Part shown: positions 27,510 through 31,753 of the stretch, piece by piece
How the letters are laid out: each line of letters begins with the position of its first letter
Numbering within the stretch: position 1 is the stretch's first letter
Virus record (IMG/VR): IMGVR_UViG_3300020043_002756
Span: 1 to 31,753 of that record
DNA length: 31,753 nt
Direction: 5' to 3' (one strand)
Origin: a virus
Taxonomy: Duplodnaviria; Caudoviricetes
Notes under the pieces: generated by a model
Database searches by the model: none
Told to the model about the DNA's origin: nothing
The model's input: the letters and a program-made list of their open reading frames with translations, nothing else
Position numbers and translations under genes: made by a program

Positions 27510-28312
27510 TGGCGGTTATCAATTTCACAGTTAACGGAATAGCCGCCAGGCTCACAACATCGACAGGCTATGGTGTTGGAGAGCCTGACAACCTGATACT
27601 GTTGATACACGGTAACAACGGCAATTATACATATGAGCCTTCCTCCACGTTCAAAACGTACTGCGCAGCTAACAAAATATCGTTTGCTTGCATAAGTGGA
27701 CAAGACTACACGGCAGCCCCATTTGGCTCTAATGCGTCTGGATGGGGTGGTGATGTGCATCGGGTGCGGGTTGTTAATCTGTACGACTACTTGATGAAAA
27801 ACTACGATTTCAATGCGTCGGTTATAGTTATCGGCGCGTCCATGGGCGGGCTGGTTATGGGCCAGCTTGCATACTATAAACCGTTCCCGATAAAGTTTTG
27901 CATTGGTGTCGGGCTAGTGCCGTCGTTAGAGTACATCTTTAAAAACGGTGTAGCTACGCGGCAGCCGCCAATAAGGAACGCATTTGGTATGGCGGCGGAC
28001 GGGTCGCAGGATTCGCAAATAGCCGATTTTATCAGCGGTGCAGACTGGTACAGGATGGGTGTTTTCAATGGATGCGGTGGTATATTAAAGCGAATAGGCT
28101 TTGCACGTATGTACTTGTACGCTGGAAGTGGTGATACTACCTATGCAAACGAGTTCAACGGTGATTCATTGTATCCGGCTATCAGAGATAGTATCAAAGC
28201 GGCCGGTGGATTTTGTGCACTAACTATATTGCCAAGCGTATCTCACGCCAGCGCAACAATTTACGACAGAATAATTTCCGATGATGTATTAGCAAAAGAG
28301 CTTGGAATATAA
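27509..28312 (+). CDS. Alpha/beta hydrolase (esterase-like)
   Basis: LLIHG oxyanion motif, GASMGG nucleophile elbow, GSGD acid and late His (VSH). Confidence 0.8.
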   Translation: MAVINFTVNGIAARLTTSTGYGVGEPDNLILLIHGNNGNYTYEPSSTFKTYCAANKISFACISGQDYTAAPFGSNASGWGGDVHRVRVVNLYDYLMKNYDFNASVIVIGASMGGLVMGQLAYYKPFPIKFCIGVGLVPSLEYIFKNGVATRQPPIRNAFGMAADGSQDSQIADFISGADWYRMGVFNGCGGILKRIGFARMYLYAGSGDTTYANEFNGDSLYPAIRDSIKAAGGFCALTILPSVSHASATIYDRIISDDVLAKELGI

Positions 28313-28321
28313 GGGCGAACT

Positions 28322-28603
28322 GTGGACTTAGAAGAGCGTATGCAAATCTGTGAGAACGAATTGAAAACATTATCTGACAGTATGACGCGGTGTGAAAGAT
28401 TGGTTGAATCCATGTGTGAAGAGCAAAAGGAATACGCTAAAAAGTACACGGGGTTTCTTGATATGCTGATTGAAGAGAAAATGGAAAGCAAGCACCTTAG
28501 AGATAGGGCCATGGATTCAGCTGCCAGCGGTTTGGCTTGGTCAGGCATCACGTTTTTAGGGCTGGCGGTTTGGTATTTTATCAAAGAGCAGATAAAAAAA
28601 TGA
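28322..28603 (+). CDS. Coiled-coil protein with C-terminal TM helix (lysis-module membrane protein)
   Basis: 93 aa; hydrophobic LAWSGITFLGLAVWYFI. Confidence 0.65.
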   Translation: MDLEERMQICENELKTLSDSMTRCERLVESMCEEQKEYAKKYTGFLDMLIEEKMESKHLRDRAMDSAASGLAWSGITFLGLAVWYFIKEQIKK

Positions 28604-28845
28604 GTGGCGATGACACAAGCGAAACAGTACTGAAAGCCGCATTAAAGCGCGGCATCGACGGGAAAGACGCGTTAGAATTGGCGCAAGACGTAGAGCGCGC
28701 ACGTTCAAAACGTCCACTGGCACGATTAAAAAAGTATCTGATTGAGCAGCTTGTGAAGCACATTAAAAAAGCAATCGCTTTAATCCTTGGCGCGGCAATT
28801 ACGCTATTAACGATTTACCTAACGCATTTGACAGGTGCAGTATGA
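28600..28845 (+). CDS. Membrane protein with C-terminal TM helix
   Basis: ATGA overlap with the previous stop; hydrophobic AIALILGAAITLLTIYL. Confidence 0.65.
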   Translation: MSGDDTSETVLKAALKRGIDGKDALELAQDVERARSKRPLARLKKYLIEQLVKHIKKAIALILGAAITLLTIYLTHLTGAV

Positions 28846-28994
28846 AAAAAGCTGAAGCTATCAAGATTTTAAAGAACCGGTTTACATGGGTTATCATTGC
28901 CAGCGCTTTGGCGGCCATAGGCGTTACTGTGCCGGCCGAAACATTGAACGGCATAGCTCAGGTGGTTATTACTGCTGTGGAGGATGTGAAGTGA
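28842..28994 (+). CDS. Putative holin (50 aa, not in the ORF track)
   Basis: MKKAEAIKILKNRFTWVIIASALAAIGVTVPAETLNGIAQVVITAVEDVK; ATGA and GTGA overlaps on both sides. Confidence 0.6.
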   Translation: MKKAEAIKILKNRFTWVIIASALAAIGVTVPAETLNGIAQVVITAVEDVK

Positions 28995-29419
28995 TTAACG
29001 TAAGAGATACAAACCATCTTCACCCTGCTGTAAAAATAAAAGCGCTGAATATGATAAATGAATGCTCGCGTCACGGAATTGACTTGCTTGTAACGTCAAC
29101 GTACCGCGACATTGAATCGCAAAACGCGCTGTACGCTCAAGGTAGGTCATTGCCAGGGCCTAAAGTTACTAATGCCAAAGGCGGCGATTCTTTTCATAAT
29201 TACAAAGTGGCTTTTGATGTTGTTCCACTGCGAAATGGAAAACCGGTGTGGAATACTACCGGATTAGATGCGGCGCTGTGGGAAAAAATCGGCCAGATTG
29301 GTGAATCATTTGGGCTTGAATGGGCTGGCCGGTGGAAAAATTTAAAGGAAATGGCACACTTTCAATATACCAACGGGCTGAAGCTGTCGGACTTTAAAGC
29401 AGGAAAAACGATAGATTAG
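28991..29419 (+). CDS. Endolysin, M15 family L-Ala-D-Glu peptidase
   Basis: YRDIESQNALYAQGR, SFHNYKVAFD and EMAHFQ motifs; GGAGG RBS before GTG 28991. Confidence 0.9.
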   Translation: MINVRDTNHLHPAVKIKALNMINECSRHGIDLLVTSTYRDIESQNALYAQGRSLPGPKVTNAKGGDSFHNYKVAFDVVPLRNGKPVWNTTGLDAALWEKIGQIGESFGLEWAGRWKNLKEMAHFQYTNGLKLSDFKAGKTID

Positions 29420-29429
29420 CTATCGTTTT
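29405..29429. terminator. Perfect 10-bp hairpin at the convergence point of the two arms
   Basis: AAAACGATAG-ATTAG-CTATCGTTTT; the loop holds both stop codons. Confidence 0.45.
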
Positions 29430-29538
29430 CAACCTCGCCACACAGTATAAACGGCATAAGCAATACCGTTGCTGTTATGCCGATGGTCAATGCAAGGCTG
29501 AAGATCAAGCCAGTTAACACTTTGTCAATTATTCTCAT
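29416..29538 (-). CDS. Small membrane protein (40 aa, not in the ORF track)
   Basis: MRIIDKVLTGLIFSLALTIGITATVLLMPFILCGEVENDS; AAGGA RBS. Confidence 0.55.
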   Translation of the reverse strand: MRIIDKVLTGLIFSLALTIGITATVLLMPFILCGEVENDS

Positions 29539-29734
29539 TTTTGTTCCTTGTTTGTTGGTTCCAGGCTTTTAATGCAGCGTCATACGCAACACGATTCAAA
29601 TAAAAATAATCAAGCTCATAATCAGCCTTTTCAAATTCTTGTTTAGCAGCATTGTATCTTTTTTGTAGTCTCGCTGCTTGTGCGTTTGTAGGAACTTTTC
29701 TATTCTGCGACTTCCAATATTCATTGAATGTCAT
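29525..29734 (-). CDS. Hypothetical protein
   Basis: MTFNEYW...AWN; AGGTG RBS. Confidence 0.65.
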   Translation of the reverse strand: MTFNEYWKSQNRKVPTNAQAARLQKRYNAAKQEFEKADYELDYFYLNRVAYDAALKAWNQQTRNKNENN

Positions 29735-29822
29735 AAGTAACACCTAGTTGTTTATGGTGGCCCTAACCGGCACAGCGGGCCAGACTGCTAACAGGTCAAA
29801 TACGCTTAAACCTTGCCACACA

Positions 29823-30494
29823 TTACAGTGCTTCGCGGAGGGTAGTCACGCTAACACCATCGCGCCCATGTGTTATAGGCGTTTGCGATTCTTTTTTTAA
29901 CTGCCTAATTTTGTTTCTGTACATAGCAATAATTGCCCTGTAATCGTCAGGTGTCAATTTTATTTTTGGGTCATGTGTGTTTTCCAATTCTTCCACTTTT
30001 CCCAATCCTATCTTTTTGATCAGATTAACTCTGTATTGCGCTGTAACAGTCTCTGTTTTGACGTTGTGGCCTATAAATCCACCATTGCATATCTTGCACT
30101 GCTTGTGAACGTTAAGCTCATTAAACGCAAGCCAGGGCCTTGCTCCTCGTGATAAATAATGCCCCGCATCCCATAGTTGAGTTAACCCAGAATTGTACAA
30201 ATAAACATCATCGGCATCACACGAAATACAACGCAAATCTTTATCACGCAAACGGATAAACTCATTAAATACGCGCTGCGCCTTTGGCTTTAGTTCTTTA
30301 ACAGTAAGTAATTTTTCTTTTGCTTTTAAGTGCGCTTTCTTTTTGTAAGCTTCAATCCTCTTCTTTTCGTGCTCAGCTCGTTTTATTGCATCAGCCTTTC
30401 CTTTAACTAACGCACATGTGTAGCAGCGCGGCTGCGCAAACTTGAACGGCTGAAACCATTCTTTACAGTCTTTGCATTTTCTTTGCTTGTACAT
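29823..30494 (-). CDS. ninG: NinG/Rap-family endonuclease
   Basis: RKCKDC, AQRVFNEFIRLRD..CISC, WDAGHYLSRGA and NVHKQCKICN motifs; start coupled to the upstream stop. Confidence 0.88.
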   Translation of the reverse strand: MYKQRKCKDCKEWFQPFKFAQPRCYTCALVKGKADAIKRAEHEKKRIEAYKKKAHLKAKEKLLTVKELKPKAQRVFNEFIRLRDKDLRCISCDADDVYLYNSGLTQLWDAGHYLSRGARPWLAFNELNVHKQCKICNGGFIGHNVKTETVTAQYRVNLIKKIGLGKVEELENTHDPKIKLTPDDYRAIIAMYRNKIRQLKKESQTPITHGRDGVSVTTLREAL

Positions 30495-30724
30495 TATTCT
30501 GCGTAATCGCCTTTTAATAAATTTTGAACAAATGTTTGAACCATCCACAACCAATCTTTGCTAACAGGCTGCTTCCCATCTAATAGACCGCCTCCATAAA
30601 TCGACATTAAACCATCTTTGTCATAGCCTATGATTATTCCACATTCAATATCTTTAGCCGCGTTTTCACAAACTATTCTAAAATCATTGGATGGGAAAAT
30701 ATCAACTACCTTCTTGTTATCCAT
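30494..30724 (-). CDS. Hypothetical protein
   Basis: 76 aa; GAGGA RBS. Confidence 0.75.
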   Translation of the reverse strand: MDNKKVVDIFPSNDFRIVCENAAKDIECGIIIGYDKDGLMSIYGGGLLDGKQPVSKDWLWMVQTFVQNLLKGDYAE

Positions 30725-30731
30725 AATTCCT

Positions 30732-30848
30732 CACATTAACGAACCTTTTTAAATTAAACCAAATAAAAACAACAACTTAAAAACCACCCTTCCGTATTTA
30801 ACGAACACGTCTACATCTATACAAGTTCATTAAATAAAAGTGTTAAAC
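30732..30848 (+). other. Array-terminal attI-like element, copy 2
   Basis: TTAACGAAC direct repeats (30736-30744, 30798-30806); inverted GTTCATTAAATA (30825-30836); IHF-like site at 30767-30779; core GTTAAAC at 30842-30848. Confidence 0.6.
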
Positions 30849-31097
30849 GAACTCAAATTCTAGTTCGCTCAAATCCATATCTAGTGTTTCTTTATCTGTG
30901 TGAACACAATAATCATGGTTAGATAACCAATTGAAATTAACTATCTGCCACTTCCAGCCGCCTTTGCATAAAACCCTGCGACATTTTCTTATAACTATTG
31001 TGTCTATGTCATATATAACACCGCCGCTACATCCTATGCCATTTCGCAATGATGAAAATTTTATTTTAACCGGTGCATATAATTTTGGTAATTTCAT
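30843..31097 (-). CDS. Cassette hypothetical protein
   Basis: 84 aa; AGGAGG RBS; bracketed by GTTAAACGAA (30842-30851) / TTCGTTTAAC (31108-31117). Confidence 0.75.
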   Translation of the reverse strand: MKLPKLYAPVKIKFSSLRNGIGCSGGVIYDIDTIVIRKCRRVLCKGGWKWQIVNFNWLSNHDYCVHTDKETLDMDLSELEFEFV

Positions 31098-31110
31098 AAG
31101 TTCCTCCTTC

Positions 31111-31158
31111 GTTTAACTACTAGCCGCATCGGACAAGCCGCTGGGCATGGGGTTAGGC
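31111..31158 (+). repeat. attC-like site B1 (48 bp)
   Basis: GTTTAAC-TACTA-GCCGCATCGGAC-AA-GCCGCTGGGC-ATGGG-GTTAGGC. Confidence 0.75.
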
Positions 31159-31356
31159 GTCATTACTCTTGTCGTAATTGTTGCCTATTTTATTTATTAA
31201 TCCATTACCAATTAAAAATGCTACAGTTTGCGCCATGCTCAAAAAAGCTAATTTAACTAAGCTGAACTCTAAGCCTAAAACGCCACTCCAACCCATGTAC
31301 AAAACTATAAAAATACATATCGGTATGATTATTATATGTGCTGTCAATCTTTTCAT
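31153..31356 (-). CDS. Cassette membrane protein with two TM helices
   Basis: GGAG RBS before ATG 31356; bracketed by GTTAGGCGT / ACGCCTAAC. Confidence 0.75.
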   Translation of the reverse strand: MKRLTAHIIIIPICIFIVLYMGWSGVLGLEFSLVKLAFLSMAQTVAFLIGNGLINKIGNNYDKSNDA

Positions 31357-31383
31357 TTTTTTCTCCAATTTAGTTATCAAAAC

Positions 31384-31438
31384 GCCTAACAAAAGCATTG
31401 TTGGCTGGCACAAGTGCCGCAAAATAGCGGGGTTATGT
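31384..31438 (+). repeat. attC-like site B2
   Basis: Reverse complement is near-identical to A2 (334-387). Confidence 0.85.
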
Positions 31439-31442
31439 GAAT

Positions 31443-31700
31443 TCAATAGCGTATAGTGCTGCCTTTAAAAAGCAGGCCCCCGCATACAGTACCAGTTACA
31501 GTTTTTCCATTTGAGTTTTTTGCAGTAAATCCAGTATGATAAGTATCGTCTTTCCCGCATTCAAAGAATTGGTATCCTGTAAATTTAATATCAGTAAAGC
31601 CTTCATTGTCTAATGCTTCAAATGCTTTGCCTTCATTTGTGCATCCACATAACAACGCTGCTAAAAGGACAGCACTTGCCAGTATTTTAGTTTTGTTCAT
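31443..31700 (-). CDS. Cassette lipoprotein
   Basis: Signal peptide MNKTKILASAVLLAALLCGC with a lipobox-like LCGC. Confidence 0.8.
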   Translation of the reverse strand: MNKTKILASAVLLAALLCGCTNEGKAFEALDNEGFTDIKFTGYQFFECGKDDTYHTGFTAKNSNGKTVTGTVCGGLLFKGSTIRY

Positions 31701-31701
31701 T
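31647..31701 (+). repeat. Degenerate attC-like site B3 overlapping the lipoprotein signal-peptide codons
   Basis: ACATAAC-AACGC-TGCTAAAA-GGAC...TTTTAG-TTTT-GTTCATT; CACATAAC complements GTTATGTG at 31432-31439. Confidence 0.55.
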
Positions 31702-31753
31702 TCAGTAAATCCTCATTGTTAATTAATTTTGTCATGCTGCCTTTTGCAGTCAA

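Larger units (their letters stand above)
30732..31701 (+). mobile_element. Integron-like cassette array B: 3 cassettes
   Basis: Same organisation as array A, mirrored. Confidence 0.8.

Noticed and set aside
28886-28990. Cys/Gly-rich N-terminal extension of the endolysin in the ORF track
   Set aside because: It overlaps the 50-aa holin-like ORF in another frame; the GGAGG RBS supports GTG 28991 as the start.
29452-29482. CGGCATAA...TTATGCCG hairpin as another attC
   Set aside because: It is too short, lacks a paired AAC/GTT core on both arms, and lies inside a small ORF.
29750-29880. Possible tRNA-like element (minus strand ends GGGCCACCA)
   Set aside because: No T-loop GTTCGA or cloverleaf could be built; only a short hairpin is present.
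1-31753. Integrase, repressor or prophage attachment sites
   Set aside because: No recognisable recombinase or CI-like ORF and no host genes are present, so lifestyle cannot be determined from this window.

Overview
The window is most of a P22/Sf6-like (podovirus-type) tailed phage genome. The + strand carries an SNF2-like helicase fused to a DNA methyltransferase, a DUF1376/YdaU-type replication protein with iteron-like repeats, terminase subunits, P22-type portal, scaffold and coat, gp4/gp10-like tail proteins, three ejection-like proteins, a beta-helix tailspike, an alpha/beta hydrolase and a lysis module with an M15 endolysin. A convergent - strand arm contains ninG. The main result is at both ends of the window: arrays of single-gene units separated by integron attC-like sites. 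There are 9 cassettes at 10-3606 (the array runs off the left edge) and 3 at 30843-31695. The complementary core sequences pair across each gene, as expected for excisable cassettes. The attC sites have canonical architecture only on the non-coding strand, so every gene is inverted relative to a normal integron. Each array ends in a copy of the same ~115-bp attI-like element with direct repeats and an IHF-like site. No integrase is visible in the window. This suggests a phage-borne, inverted, integron-like gene-shuffling system. All calls come from reading the sequence by eye; no searches were run.
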